Shown here one piece after another: positions 42,656 through 56,278 of a stretch of 64,000 nucleotides of DNA. The notes below the pieces were generated by a model. The model did not search any database, was not told the DNA's origin, and saw only the letters and a program-made list of their open reading frames with translations. How positions within the stretch are numbered: the stretch's first letter is position 1; the number at the start of each line of letters is the position of its first letter. Made by a program: the position numbers and the translations under genes. This stretch comes from Chlorokybus atmophyticus (Eukaryota; Plantae; Mesostigma and Chlorokybus algae), in contig RHPI01000385.1 of NCBI GenBank assembly GCA_009103225.1, positions 311,898 through 375,897 on the forward strand, read 5' to 3'.

Positions 42656-44160
42656 AATGTGCGTGTGAACCTGCTGCTGCTGCTGGTGGTCATCGTCGTG
42701 TTGCATCCCGTTATCCTCGGGTGCAGGCAACGGTCCCGCCACGGGTGGGGATGATGCCTCATCGCGGCTGCACATAGCAGCGGCGGTAGCTTCCTGCAAG
42801 ACGGGTGCGAGCAGCGCCAGCAACCGCACCTTCTTGCTGCGCTTCGCCCAAAGAGCGGAACGGCGTTGCTTCAGCCCTAAAGCCTGCAGTGAGTTATGAA
42901 AGGGTCAAACACTATTGCGACCTAGAGATTTCAGTTACACAAAGGTCACCAACGCCTGCACACTTGCGACTAATGTTACGCGGCTCACACGCACACGCAT
43001 GCACGCGCACGCACGCACAAAGTTATGCGAACCATGCTACAAGCTGTTCTTGTAATATAAGTTGCAAGAACAATCAGAATGAAAAGCCGGCAGCTTCCTG
43101 AAGCGGCTCGACTGCAACAGCCACAACACCGGCTTCTATATGTTTGCAGCTGTGGCTGCATTGGAGTACAGTTGAAATGGACATTACTGAGGCAGCATGG
43201 CTGCACATGTGCACCGCACGGATTGTTATGAGCATGCTCCCACAATGGCATTGCGCAGTAGTACTGTTATGCTGCAGGCCATAGTGCGCACCTTGAACAC
43301 GTCGACAAGCATGCCTGCCAGCAGCGCGTCCTCCAAGCCCAAGATGTCCACGGCCTCGCCCTTGTCCAAACGAGCCGCGAGCGCCTCCAGATCACCGCCC
43401 ACCGCTGGGTATGCGCGCAGGAGAGCACGTGCATGTGCCTGATATGAAATATGCATGAGTACAGACGAGCTGCACCGCATGCAAGCATGTGTCTGTGTAG
43501 TATGCGCAGTATCCAGTCAATTGCATCGCGAGTTTGTCCATGCCAAGTACCTAAGTCACATATATATAGTGTATGTGTAGATGCAGCAGTAGCATATGTA
43601 TAACGTTTGGCACTTGTGCATAATGTGCGTCGTGCATAAGCTGTCATCTGGTGTGTTGTGTAGCTTTAAAAACAGAAAGTTGATTCTACACTTCACAAGA
43701 GTCAACGCTTGGCTGTGAAAAATACCACAGGTTGAAGCTCTGAAGAGTTAGCAGTATATAGCTCAAAAGCAACTCCCACCTGAGCGAGGGTGTGGTCGAT
43801 GGGCTGCTCCTTGTCACTGCCGTCCTCAGCTGAGCTCGAGGACGCCTCCTCATCCTCCTCGCCGTCGGAGCTCTGCTCTGCATCCCGCTTCCTCCGTCGG
43901 CGACGCTTCTCTCTGTCCTTCTCGCGCCTCCTCCGACTCCTGTCCCTGTCTCTGTCCTTGTGCTTCTTCCCGTCCCTGTCCTTCTTCTCCTTGCTCTCCT
44001 TACCCTCCCTACCCTTACCCTCCTTGCCCTTCTTGTCCCGCTGCTTCTTCACCTCCTTGTCCTGGCCCTTGTCCTTCTTCTTGCCATAGTCGCCTATGTC
44101 CTCCTTATGGAAGGCCTGGACGCTCTCCAGCGCCTCCTTCAGACCCCCCACCCGCGACAT
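40237..44160 (-). CDS. DnaJ-domain / GPALPP-motif (DUF3752) protein
   Basis: Lys/Arg-rich N-terminus; IGPAPP repeats; J-domain YWRISLLVHPDK; REDWMTELP; WTDSP; PWQPWDRDKDL; LSSRFG. Confidence 0.85.
42427..42653. repeat. Poly-G tract spanning an assembly gap (intronic)
   Basis: G runs flank the Ns. Confidence 0.7.
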
Positions 44161-44727
44161 CCCCGCCGCCGCCGGACAGTTTGCCACTGCCAAGCATTGC
44201 CGCAGCGGGCATACCACAATTGCAAATCCACCAAGGTATGTAAGCGAAACCTTAGGCACTGTGGCAACATGCCAGTCCCACACAAATGCTCCCACTAGGT
44301 CTATGCACACAGCATGCTCAGCAAGCAATGCGTATGTTGCAGGTAATAGACATACCTTGCATGGAGACACAGATTCCCAGTTGACAGAGGTGACTCACAC
44401 AGCAGCACACAACTCGATACACATTGTACAACAGATAGTGTGCCATATATGCCGCATGCATGTGCTGCACAAGTGTACAAAAGAACGGCGAGGGAGTTCA
44501 CTGCTGTGTAACACATTGCCCTTGCCCCGCATTCTTGAAAACATACATTGGCGATGTCATTCGCACGCTTGCGCATACCAAGTGCACATAAAGTAAATAT
44601 CTACATAAATATTCTGCTAACCGCAACATGCTTACAAAAGGCACAGCAAGCAGCTACAAACAGCTACAGCTAGTACATACCAATCCGTTTGCCACCATCA
44701 AGGTCTCTATAGCCAACCAACCCAACC

Positions 44728-46620
44728 CTAACTAGTGCCCGCAGCCAGAGTTGTACTGCTCTTCTGCGCCAACAGTGGCTGCTTCGCCTTCTTCTCACTC
44801 TCTCGTGTGACAGCAATAGGCGCAGCCACGCTCATGACCATGTCGTCAAACAGCAGCGACAGCACGGGCTTGCCGGTCAGCACGGCTTCCAGAGCTGCAT
44901 GGGTATCATCGCTTGTGTCACGTGTGATGTTATTGCTGTGGTTGGTGTAGTTGCATTCTACACGCGATGACGGCACCAGCTTCACCCTGCATGTGGCGAC
45001 AGCTAGGTGATTGTCATATGTGTTGCAAGGTAATGACTTGAAGATATGACGAGTGTTATGGAGAAAAGGTAAATGTGGCAACTGCCTTGCCTTGTGTTGA
45101 GTTTGCAGGAGTATTGGAGCAATGACGGCTGCCATGTGGTGCGCCCGCTGTTTAGCAAAGCGAGTGTATGGCGAAGGCGAGAGAAGCAGCAGTGACATTC
45201 ACACTGCAAGAAATAGCAAAAAGGAGAGACGACTGACTTGATCCTTAACAGATGGACATACCTGAAGCTCGGGAGCGACATGCGTATTGGAGGTCCTTTG
45301 GTCCAGTTGGGTTGGTCTGATGCACATGCATATGTCATGCCAGCACGTACAAGCACAGATAAGCACAAATAAGCGCAATTAAGCACGGTGAGATAGCTCG
45401 CCCAAGCTATACTTACTTGCAGAGTTGTTTCCTTTCTGGCGAAACGGGTTGGCGATGCGGCAGACGGCTCTCCTAGCGTTTCCTGCCACATCTGTCAACT
45501 CCACAAACCCGCTTTGATCCTGTGCACAATCCCGTTGTTAGCGTTGATACCAGCGAAAGCACACACAGCATTGGTTCATACATGACTAGCATCAACAGGC
45601 CTCACCTCCTTGAACGAAGCAAACCTTGAAGGCAAGCCTACGTCCTGCACGCAGCAACAAGACTGATAGGAACAAAGATACACATTGCATGCACAACTCG
45701 TTGGTCTCTAAAATGAAACAACATTGGTACATTGTCGGTTATGTGGTTTCAAGCATAGCTGCCATGAACGTGTTCGTGCAGTAGGGAGCAGTACCCACCT
45801 CAAGCCCATGTTGTTCTGCACTGCGGCTGCTCACATAGACCTTTGATGCCCACCTGTTGCGGACCAGCAGAGCAGTACATGAGACTTGTAACCGAGACGC
45901 ATGTATACATGACAGGCCAGGTTACAAGGCCATTGTGCAGGCGAAGTGACATGCGTGTCTTACGCGCAGGATGTCGGAGGGTTCCACACAATGCCTGCTA
46001 GTGCCACGAGCTGCACACCAACACCATGAGACAACACGAGCAAGATGCAATAGTGAAGGGGCACTGTCCTTTGTAAAGCACAACTCCACGTCACCTTACA
46101 GCATGCAAGCAACTTGCCTCGTCGAACTTGCCAGCTGGGCTGTCGTCGTAGCGCGCATAGTAGACGCCACCAAGCGTGTACCTGACCACACGCTCTCTTC
46201 CTTCAATGCATGGACACCGCTGGACAAGTCACCATCAAGATCAATCGCCACACTAAGCTATATGCCAGCTTTTCAAACGCTGCTGCTGCAGCTGCCTCAA
46301 CCAAACGACAGACAAAAAAACTTACCCAAACGCCGACACTATCTTGAGGTCAGGAGGGATAAACCGCCTCGCAGCTTTGACAGGAACCAAATGCAGCTGA
46401 TACAGAGCCCTAATTGAGAACAGATTGCTCTCAAGTTGCACACCAGGCAAGCCCACACAAGGTCGTCACAGTCACCTCTCACGCTCACGAACTGCTCAGC
46501 TGGCACCACATTCGCATGCATGCTTGTGTGCATGCAGTCAGCTGCCGACACCTACCTGCCCTTGAACACCCACGGAGGACCTGACTTATACCCATCCTTT
46601 TCCTGCAACCCCGCCACCAT
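44728..46620 (-). CDS. NXD1: NEOXANTHIN-DEFICIENT 1-like protein (multi-exon)
   Basis: GYKSGPPWVFKG/ALYQLHLV; YTLGGVYYARYDDSPAGKFDE/LVALAGIVWNPPTSCA; VGLPS; GPPIRMSLPSF; VLTGKPVLSL all match the plant NXD1 pattern from memory. Confidence 0.88.
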
Positions 46621-47365
46621 GGTGTTGACCCTGGTCTCCGGCCTGGCCAGGCCAGGCCGCAACTCCCAGGATCAGGCCTGGTCTGGCCTAATCTATTGAA
46701 CTCAACCTATTGGCCTACCAGAGCGAGCGACCGCATGCTATATACCCGGGTGTTCGCATACTACACTACGGAACCTTGCCCGGCCGAGCGCATCTCTTTG
46801 CCGGCTAGCCGCATACTACATTGCAGGGCATTGCCTTAGGCAGGCGGTTCGGCAGGCGGTTTGTGATTGAGGCAAGACCGCAGGCGGTTTGGTAGGGGCG
46901 GCGGCGGCCAGCGGCAGGTCTTTTTGCGGTGCCACGTGGCGTAGACGGCGGCGGCGGCGGCGTGGGCGGGAGCATCCGCTTGCGTGGTATGCGTCATTGT
47001 ATGTGCAGACTACACGTCTGTGTTCGTGCGTTGAGAGTGGGATGATTGTCAAGTTGGCTGGCTGGGTCCTGCTCATCTCGTTGCTGTTGCGCCTATTTGC
47101 CCCAGCTGTGCAAAGCAATCTGTAAAACAGCTTGTAATGGTAACGCGTATCCGTGCATTGCATCATGGCTGCGGCATGCCGCTTTGCAAGGCTTGCCATT
47201 CAATTAGGGTTGCTCTCCGCCGTCGTCGCCTTGGCTCTGTCAGCAATGCTTGATGCTCTGTGCATTGACTTCGCATATACTCGCTCGCTTCCAGTGTTTG
47301 TAGCTCAAACACTCAGATCTAGGTGTAATTCACGTTTGCGCTATCATGGCTGGTTAGGACTTGGG

Positions 47366-47374
47366 TTAGGGTTT
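47366..47374. promoter_or_regulatory. Telo-box (AAACCCTAA) upstream of RPS25
   Basis: TTAGGGTTT 160 bp upstream of the ATG. Telo-boxes are typical of plant ribosomal-protein genes. Confidence 0.6.
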
Positions 47375-47535
47375 CGCACATTTCATGCGTACACGTTGCC
47401 TCAAACAAGCAGATGCTAAACGCCAGCACTTATTCGCGGATCATTTCTGCGAGTCCTCGTGCTCCCAATTGTAGGGCATCAGACAGTCCGTTTGGCTTAT
47501 TTGAAACTTCGTGGTTGCAGTAATCCAGAGTCACC

Positions 47536-48022
47536 ATGCCGCCGAAGAAGAAGGAAACGCCTGCTGCCGCCAAGCCCGCCAAGTCCGGCGGCAGCAAGCA
47601 GAAGAAGAAGAAGTGGTCCAAGGGCAAGCAAAAGGAGAAGGTCAACAACATGGTGTTGTTCGATCAGCCTACATATGATAAGATGCTCTCAGAGGTGCCC
47701 AAGTTCAAGCTCATCACCCCCTCCATCCTGTCCGACAGGCTGCGCATTTCTGGCAGCCTTGCCCGGAGGTAAGGACTGATGTCACTGTCTCCTTGCAGGA
47801 AATAGATTTTCTGACAGCATTGTTTGACCCGTTTGCTTGTTGCCGATACAACATGTCCTGGCAATTTGTACTGGGATCCTTGCGCTTGCTTGCTTAGCTC
47901 TATGCCTATCCTCATGCTTTTGCTGTGACAGTGCTGTCAAGGAGCTGATGGCGCGCGGCCTCATCCGATTGGTGTCTGGTCACGCCAGCCAGTGCATCTA
48001 CACTCGCGCAACCAACACTTAA
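47536..48022 (+). CDS. RPS25: 40S ribosomal protein eS25, 2 exons
   Basis: [70 protein letters not shown]...IYTRAT. Confidence 0.98.
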
Positions 48023-48812
48023 AATGCCTTGAACGGATTATGCAGCAGCGTTGAACATTGGGGTCACCCAGGCCATATTGTAACCTATCTTTTGGGCGTG
48101 CTGAGGAATGCTTTGTTGCATTGATGGGCGTTTTGCAACTTGTGACCTTGGCTGTCAACAAACATGTGGAGCTACTGAACACACGCGGCGCTACTGAACA
48201 CATGTTGAAGCACACGCTAGCGTGCATGTAATGCTGGAGTGGTTGTGATGCATTGCATGCGTGTGCCTACTAGCACGTCATGTATCCTGAACACTGATCT
48301 TAGATCTTTATACAAATGCCAGTGCACTGTGCCTTTCGTTTTAAGATGTGGCATCAGGAGAAGCATGATAGGTCGCTGCAGCGCTGCAGTTTTTTCCATG
48401 TGTTCGACTTTGCTGGGCTGGGCCTGAATCTGCTGGTGCGCGCATACTATGCAAAGATTTCAAAGCGTTTTATACTTATCGAGCACCGCAATCATCGTGA
48501 AGCTCAGATTGCAAATTGTTGACTACATACAGGCACATTGCTTTGATGTGGCTTCGCTTCAACATGGCTTTGCACAGCTAGTATAGTCACAAGATAGGTA
48601 TACTGCATGAATTGAGATTCATTCAGTACATTGGGAACTCATACACCAAATCTGTGTACTGTACAGGATAAGCTCGAGCCTGTTGAAAGCATGCATTTTC
48701 ACACCATACATCACATAGCCAACCACAAGCGCCTGCCAGTGTATTACCCTACTATTCTTAAGAGCTTGGCATGCAGTCAATAACTTGAACATGAGCAACA
48801 TTGCAAAAGAAA

Positions 48813-49043
48813 GTGTGCATGACGAGAGTAAGCCCCATTGAGTTGGTGGTTTGCCTCCCCACTGGCGCACATCTCTGTGCTATGGCGAGCTGCTGCACGG
48901 GAATGTCTCGGGTCGCAACCCGAAACCCCTGACTGCAGGTCCTGCCCTTCAGGGATGGCTCTTTCTGCCTCATCGCCCGGGGACTTTCTCTCGGTCATCG
49001 ACCTAACCGCGTGCACCTTTCGAAGTGCTCAAAAGCATCACAC
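48813..49043 (-). ncRNA. RMRP: RNase MRP RNA
   Basis: The minus strand has CR-I GAGAAAGUCCCCGGG, a P8 stem GGC-AGAAAGA-GCC with GARAR loop, GAGACAUUCCC, CR-V ACCAACUCAAUGGGGCUUACUCUC, complementary 5'/3' ends (GUGUG-AUG / CAUGCACAC) and a U-rich end. Ends are approximate. Confidence 0.88.
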
Positions 49044-49530
49044 AAGTGTACAGAATATGCACGTGATGTATGCAACATGCACAGCACATGCATAAACACT
49101 TAACGACAATTATATATCGTGCGTTGGTTGAATCGAGATTTGTTCGTCTTGCGCAACAGCTGGCTGGCGCTGAGCCTTCGTCTTTGCGCATCTGACCGTC
49201 AGGTCATGACGGCCAGTAGTTTAGGACCGGTCGGTGATGTACATGTACATTATCATTATAAGAAAAGGCAACTTTCTAGAGTAATGACCAAATGTGATTA
49301 TAGCTAAAATTTGACAGTACAACAGTGTTGTGTTGTACTGTCAGGTTATACATTGATATAAACAAGTCGTTTATGTTGGTGGTTGGTGTTACTTAGGCAT
49401 TGTGTAAAGCAAAATAGATGCATATGGAATGCAAGTGTCAAACAGTTCAGCCAGCTCACGCACACGCACAGGTTTGCATTTTATGCATTCCCTCTTGCAT
49501 CTTTTGTACACATGCATTCACATTACAGAT

Positions 49531-49822
49531 TGGGGGNNNNNNNNNNNNNNNNNNNNNNNNNNNNNNNNNNNNNNNNNNNNNNNNNNNNNNNNNNNNNNNN
49601 NNNNNNNNNNNNNNNNNNNNNNNNNNNNNNNNNNNNNNNNNNNNNNNNNNNNNNNNNNNNNNNNNNNNNNNNNNNNNNNNNNNNNNNNNNNNNNNNNNNN
49701 NNNNNNNNNNNNNNNNNNNNNNNNNNNNNNNNNNNNNNNNNNNNNNNNNNNNNNNNNNNNNNNNNNNNNNNNNNNNNNNNNNNNNNNNNNNNNNNNNNNN
49801 NNNNNNNNNNNNNNNNNGGGGG
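49531..49822. other. Assembly gap flanked by G runs
   Basis: Ns flanked by GGGGG. Confidence 0.9.
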
Positions 49823-50724
49823 GCGCAGACCAGCGCTTAGCTGCTAGCACACTAGACAGGCTAGCAAGCCAACTAGTACGAAAACCCCAAGGAGGCAGGG
49901 GAGCAAGGATGCAAGGGCTGGACCCGGCATAACCACCTGCGCAGCAAAGGCGTGTGTGCAACCCATCTTTTTGACTTGTATATTATGTTTTTGAGTGATA
50001 CTTGATTAAATAATAGACACATAGTCTCACGGATATGTACCGATAAGAATTGTCACAATGCGCTTGTTTAGCTGATACTTGGGTGATTGCTGTGCTAGCA
50101 TATATGGACCAAAAGCATAGCAGAAAAGAGTGAGCGGAGCAGGAGCAGCGACCATGCATACAATACCATGACCAGAGCAATACTCAGAAGCATGACAGCA
50201 GGAGCAACGACCGGCATGCACACTTAGCACTTGATGGGCTTCCGTTCATTGCGTTTCCATCGCCTCAGCATTGAAGCATGAACAATAATGGTGACTATGC
50301 AATCACAAGACACTGTTATGGGCAGCAAGACTTGGCTGGTCCTTACTGAACAATTTGGCAGCGACCGAGCATACCTGCACGTGTTGTCACACTACGTACG
50401 CTGAAGCCAACTCTACCGCAATGTATGAACCATAATTATTGTCCTCTGAAACCGAGTACTACGACCTGAAGTGAGACGTTGATGATTGCAGCCTGCAGTG
50501 GACACCGTAGACAAGGACCGCCTTGAATGAGTGGCAATGCTCACAGCTCCACCTGAACATTGCTAAGCAGGTGGAGGTGTCCTTGTGGCAGCCAGCCACA
50601 TGGCCCGCCATTGCTAAGTGGCAGCTGATGAGCACAAACTGGCAGAGTCCAAGGAGGCCCGTCACACATTAATATAAAGATTTGACCTGCTTCAAATGTG
50701 CCGTCCTGCTTAATGCACTTGGCC

Positions 50725-52342
50725 TCAGCTTGTCTCCTCAACTTTGGGTCGCTTCTCGCTTGCAGTTTCTGATGCAACAGCTGCATCAGCTGCCGCACCC
50801 TTTTTCCTCTTCTGCTTGCCCTCCGCTTTCTGTGTCAACATGATTGCCATCAGTACTGCTTTACAAGCACAAGTGACGAACACACAGTTCAAATGACATG
50901 TAACAAACGCAGAAGTAAGAACATACACGCTTTGAGTGGCATGCTACCTGTAGCAATGCGAGTGCTCGTTGCTGCTCGAGCTGAGTCCGCAACCTTTTAA
51001 CCTGCGCATGCATCACTCAGCACACCAACATTACAGGCACACGGGCTGTGTTGCACATCAAGAGATTCCAGGCAGCATTAACAATGCATGGCGCAATACC
51101 TCTTCGTCTGAGGGATACATAGGAATGATATCGTCCTGAGTGTGTCGTGTACCGCATAGTGGGCACTCGTCACTGCCAACCTGCACAAGGTCGAAGGTTA
51201 ACACATAGAGCCTTCAAAACTAAACAACGCGCAACAGTAACCTGATTTCGTTTAAGAGGACAGCCTTGGATGAAACAAGTTTACCTGCTTTATGCACTTA
51301 TTGCTGATGACATGGCCGCACACTTTAAACGCTGAAAACCTGATTACCACAACTGCGGTCAGCCAAAGCTACTAGGTTGATGTACAAGAACATACACACA
51401 TTGGTATGCAACTGCGAAAGACGCACAACAAGCGCTTACGGATTGCGCCAACCAGCCCGCACGCCTGTGACGGGGCAGATGAACTCGCAGAACGAAGAGG
51501 CCGAGTTGGAAGCGCCTTCCTTGGCAACCTCGCCTGAGGCCGCCTCCTCGCCACGTGCCAATCGCACCTGAAAAACGTCCTGCCGCACACAAGATCAATG
51601 AGCGACAGCGCATAAGGCAGCGCACAGAGATTGCAAGCTTGCAACCTGACGAGTAGGGCAGGCATCATAACCGCAACACGGTTGGTGATGTAAATGCGAT
51701 GCTCACATACAATGCTTTTGAACAACGTGCGTGCAACAACAACTTCACGAAACCTCAACCGCTGTGTCTTGCTGAACATACCTTTATGGATCTGATGTGC
51801 TCAAAGCGGTCGACAAAGTCCTTCCTATGCTCCTCCTTCACCTGTAACCATGAGGTTTTCAGCTACACTATGCCGAGCACACAGCAACACGCATTATAAA
51901 CCTGCACATACAATGGCGCTGCGCACCTTTTCAAGCTCTGTGCCAGCCCTGCGTGCCAGCAGATACTCCAGAATTGTTTGCCTGTTGTACAGCTTTCCCA
52001 ACCCACACGCCACAATCGGCTCCCTGAAAACAACAAACTTGTATGTTGTTGCAAACAGCATATGACACTTCTTGTGTTCTGTGAATGCCAAACGTAATTC
52101 AAACTGTGATTGGATGCTGTGTGTGATTGCGGAACTTACTGAAGTGCCTCCCCGGACATTGCGCATGTGGACCACTGGCTGGCGGAGAGTTCATCCTTAC
52201 TGAGTGTTTCCTCTTTGTAGACGGATGATGCATTCACGTTGCCGCCGTGAGTGGACTTTGACTTGTCTTTGCTGGCAAATCGCCAGGACGTGCCGCGAAG
52301 AACATCGCTTCTGCTGATAATCGTTCCACCATCTAATCCCAT
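50725..52342 (-). CDS. RTF2: Replication termination factor 2 (Rtf2 RING-like family); 3' end uncertain
   Basis: MGLDGGTIISRSDVLRG; QWSTCAMSGEAL; PIVACGLGKLYNRQTILEYLL; FICPVTG; Lys-rich tail. Confidence 0.85.
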
Positions 52343-53160
52343 GGCGTTAGGCTGATAGACACTTGGCCTGCACCCAAAACAGCACACTTGAGGCCGCCAA
52401 TGCAACAAACCACTTTAATCCTGGTCATAACTCAACTTTGCAAGCACTTTGTAGTGTATGCACAAGTACGACACGTACAAGCAGGCACTGTGCATGAATG
52501 CAAGTAGGTGACTTGCGGCGTGGTGTATATTTGCGTCGTCAGTCACACATGCGGCCAGCACTAAAAGTGTTTACATTCATACATACAAACTGAGTGCGTT
52601 GCCGGTAGCAACTGCTGCTTCAGATCAAGCAAAGTAGCAAGATCAATGGGAAAACGTGATTGCAACACACCAGTACAAGTAGCGACAAGCTTGTACGATC
52701 AAGGACAGTGCAGCTAGCTTCACGTCAGCCAGACAAGCTGAAAATGTCAACTGTGAATGGCGTATTGACAAATCAACTTGAAGCAGAGCTGGTGGAACCA
52801 AAACCCAACCGACCAACCAACCATTCAACCAGCTCCGTACCTATGCAGAGACAAATTGGTTCTTGACAGCGTCTGTAGAGAACAATAAAATAGAGGAAGG
52901 CGGAGCAGAACTAGGACCTACAGTAACAAGACAAGAAGAAGGCCAAGAGCTCCAAGAGCTGCCCCCCTGCTACCCTTCCACTACTGCTCCCTATTTTCCT
53001 CCTGCTCCTGCTTGCCCTTCTTCTCCGCAGCTACCTTCACAACTACCTCCTCCACTACCTCCTCGTCCTCGTCCTCCGCAGCCGCCGCCGTGCGCAAGGG
53101 CACCTACACAAGTCGCTGAGTCGTCCATGTGGTTATGATGTGGTACCCGTAGTGGCAGCC

Positions 53161-55190
53161 ATGGAGGCGGCGGTGGCGCCGGCGGGCGGGTCGCGGGCGG
53201 CGGCGGTGGCGCTGCAGCCGTCGTTTAGGAGGACAGCTAGCAGGAGAGGTGTTAGGCCGCAGCCGTCGCCGTCACCATTACGGAGGAGCAGGGGCTTGGC
53301 GCTGAGCATTAGCAGCACAAGTAGCAGCAACAGCACAAATACAGGCGTTCACCAGCATGGGTGGAGGCTGCGCTGCCAGTGTAGAGTAGAGCCTCCTGCC
53401 GAGAAGGAACGGGCGGCGGAGGACGAGGTGATCAGGGCCGTGTTTAACGCTTCCTACTCGCACGCTGCTGAGGTTGAGGAGCGGGAACGACCCCTTGGTA
53501 AGGTTTGGCCTGCATTGACCAGAACTAAAACGATTAGACTTGCTCAAATCTTGCATTTGGGTGCCAAGCGGTAGCAGTCGCGGTCCTGCCGCGTTCATTA
53601 GCTTGCTTGGCTTGTACGCGCAGTGTAATAGTGATTGTGCCTCTCTTGCCACAGATAGCTTTGCATGCAACGCAATTGCTGCTGCCAATCTAATAACGTT
53701 GGGTGCAGTCGCAATACGAACAGGCTGATTGGACATTGTGCATGCCTTGTATACGCACATATGCTAGTGCTTTTGCTCGCGTGGCTGCTAGTTCCGGACA
53801 AAGGGTATCCCATGCTAGTTGTAACTGTGCGTTAGCCTGTTGCTGATTGGTGTCTTGATGCGCAGCCCAGTACATGACACTACCAGCTTCGCAGTATTCA
53901 GTGTTGGATGCAAAGCGCATCGAGCGGATAGATGACAAGACATTCATATGCTACGTTGGAGGGATACATTTTTTCAACTTTGAGGTGAGCGGGAGGCGTG
54001 CTTTGCATTGCAGCTTTGTTCAAACACCAGCAATGAATCACGCTTGGCGGGTTGACCATTTAACCAACAATTACTCAACCGGACTGGCATTGATTATTCC
54101 TTGTAGGTGCAACCAGTGCTTACTGTTAGGGTAGATGAGGAGCCTACTGGTTGCACCATACGACTGCTGGACTGCAAGGCAAGCTGGTATTGCTTTGTTC
54201 ACCGTGGCTTGCTCATCTACTGCCGTGTCATTGTCGTGCATCTTCAATGCAGCGCTACCAGGGACATACACCGCTGCTGGTTACGCGTGCTGATAGTTCT
54301 ATCTCTTGCTGTCGCCAATGCAGTTGGAAGGCCCAGCAGTTGTAACGGCGCAGAATGACAAGTTCTCAGGTTGGTTGCGGTCAGTGAACACTTGGTTGGC
54401 GCCTGGCTTGCCCTTGCGTGCACATGTGCACATGTGCATGTGTGCAGGATGGTGCATATGGAGCTGTGGTTGTGCCTGCTGGTCTTAGTAGAGTAACTTG
54501 AGCATGTGATAGTATCCCGATCTCCTGTAACTTAGTGGCTTCCGTTAACAGCTTCCATGGTCAACAAGGTATCTTACTCTGATGTTGAGTCCTCCACGAA
54601 CAAGTGCATACGAAGTGACACAACTCTTCAGGTATGCACAACTGTTTTTGTGTTGCTGTCAGCAGTGGCAGTTCGAAGCAAGTTTTTGCACTTCACATCC
54701 AGCGCAATTGCCTTTGTAGTGCGGCCAATTTTACTTATCACTGTTCACCAGAGTTCGCCATCCAACGCTGGCCCAATGGCAGGTTCAGGTTGGAGTTCCT
54801 CGGGCGTTTCGCTTTCTGGGTGTTGATAACATTGGCAATGTTGGAAGCCGTGTCATGAAAAGCGTATTGGGCGCGATGGTTCCGCGATTTACGGAACAGG
54901 TACCCCTCAGCAGCATGCACTGCTGCAAAAGTTGTGTAAACAGTGTTTGCTTCATGAAAGGCTCACAATTGCAGGACTAAGGTAGAGCAAGCTGTTAGCG
55001 TGCATGCCAGGGTTGCTACATGACAGGCGTGCTTACCAGTATCGTGCATTGTATCCATGGTCGTGGATTGGTTCTCCTGTAACATGGCTCTCTACTGCAG
55101 TTGTCCAAAGACTACTACCGCTGGGCTGCTGGTGATGATTCCAGGCAACCTGACCCAGAGGCCTCCATAGCGCCTGACTCCATAGAATAG
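53161..55190 (+). CDS. DUF1997 family protein with transit-peptide-like N-terminus
   Basis: YMTLPASQYSVLDAKRIERIDDKTFICYVGGIHFF; QPVLTVRV; LLDCK/LEGP; VMKSVLGAMVPRF; LSKDYYRWAAG. Confidence 0.85.
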
Positions 55191-56278
55191 TTTGTCACTA
55201 GCACCATACCATAGGATAACTGCGAAAGGTAATGAAGACGCGCGTGATTGTTTTGGCTGCATTAGTTGCAGAATGCTGTGCAGCATGCACTTGGTCAAGT
55301 TAGCTGCCTGTGCACATAGTAGTAGGCACTTCCATGACCATACATTTTAATGTTGCTTGTTTGCAACATGTATCTGTTATTTTGTATGATAAGCGTTGTT
55401 GTATGCATATATCTGTGCGCTTGGTAAGCAGCAACAGCAACAGCAAGAGGACAATTGCTACAACAAACACAACAACCACCCTCCTCCTACCCACCCTACC
55501 CTTCCACCACTACCTAAGGGCCACATTCATGGGGTAAACCAGACAAAGCAACAACCGTGCGACTATGTGCAGCAGCAGCGGGAGGGGTGGCAGCAATTGA
55601 TGATGATACCTAGGTTGAAGTAACAGTACCTGAGAGACCATCGGATGTTGTACTTGGACCTGCTATGCAATATCTTCTCAACAGCGCAAGTTGCAGTAAC
55701 AGTATCTCAGAAACTATCAGCTATACACTTGGCATCTTGCACACTTCACAACACAGCGTGTTTCTTGAAAACATCAGCCAGTACCACTACACATAATGAT
55801 ACCCAGGTTTACTTGAAGACCATGCTTCACAGTGACAACATGACTGACATGTAGGTGTCAGCGCCCTTCGGCATATCATGGCAGTGTACTTCGGGACATG
55901 CATGCTCAACCAGCTAGTGCATACACAGGTGCATGTACAAGCCCCCCAAGACTAGCACATGCAGAACTAAGTGGACCTCAGCTTGCTATAACATGCAAGG
56001 CGTACTTATGTTTCTGATGCTTAACAGCCCGGCTCTCTATCTGCCACAGGCAACAGCGCGTAGAACCAGTTTTGTCAGGGCTAAGCAGGTTCAAAATTGC
56101 GATGAACCACTCATGCAACTGCTACTGTTTGCAGGACAAGGCCAGTGCTGCACACTGCGTTTCGCAACTGACGCTTGCGCTACAGGATAACATGGTTGGC
56201 GCAAGGGCACTATGCAAAGTCCTCTGTCGTATGGGATTGCCAGCAGCAAGCTATCTCCAACAACAGCTGGACAGCTCC

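Noticed and set aside
42414-42668. Poly-Pro/poly-Gly ORFs and a G-quadruplex element
   Set aside because: These arise from a G homopolymer bordering an N gap (as at 49.5-49.8 kb); the length and reality of the tract are unverifiable.
46889-47419. Small membrane-protein ORFs between NXD1 and RPS25
   Set aside because: Hydrophobic but short, with no family match or convincing splice chain; may be UTR or promoter sequence.
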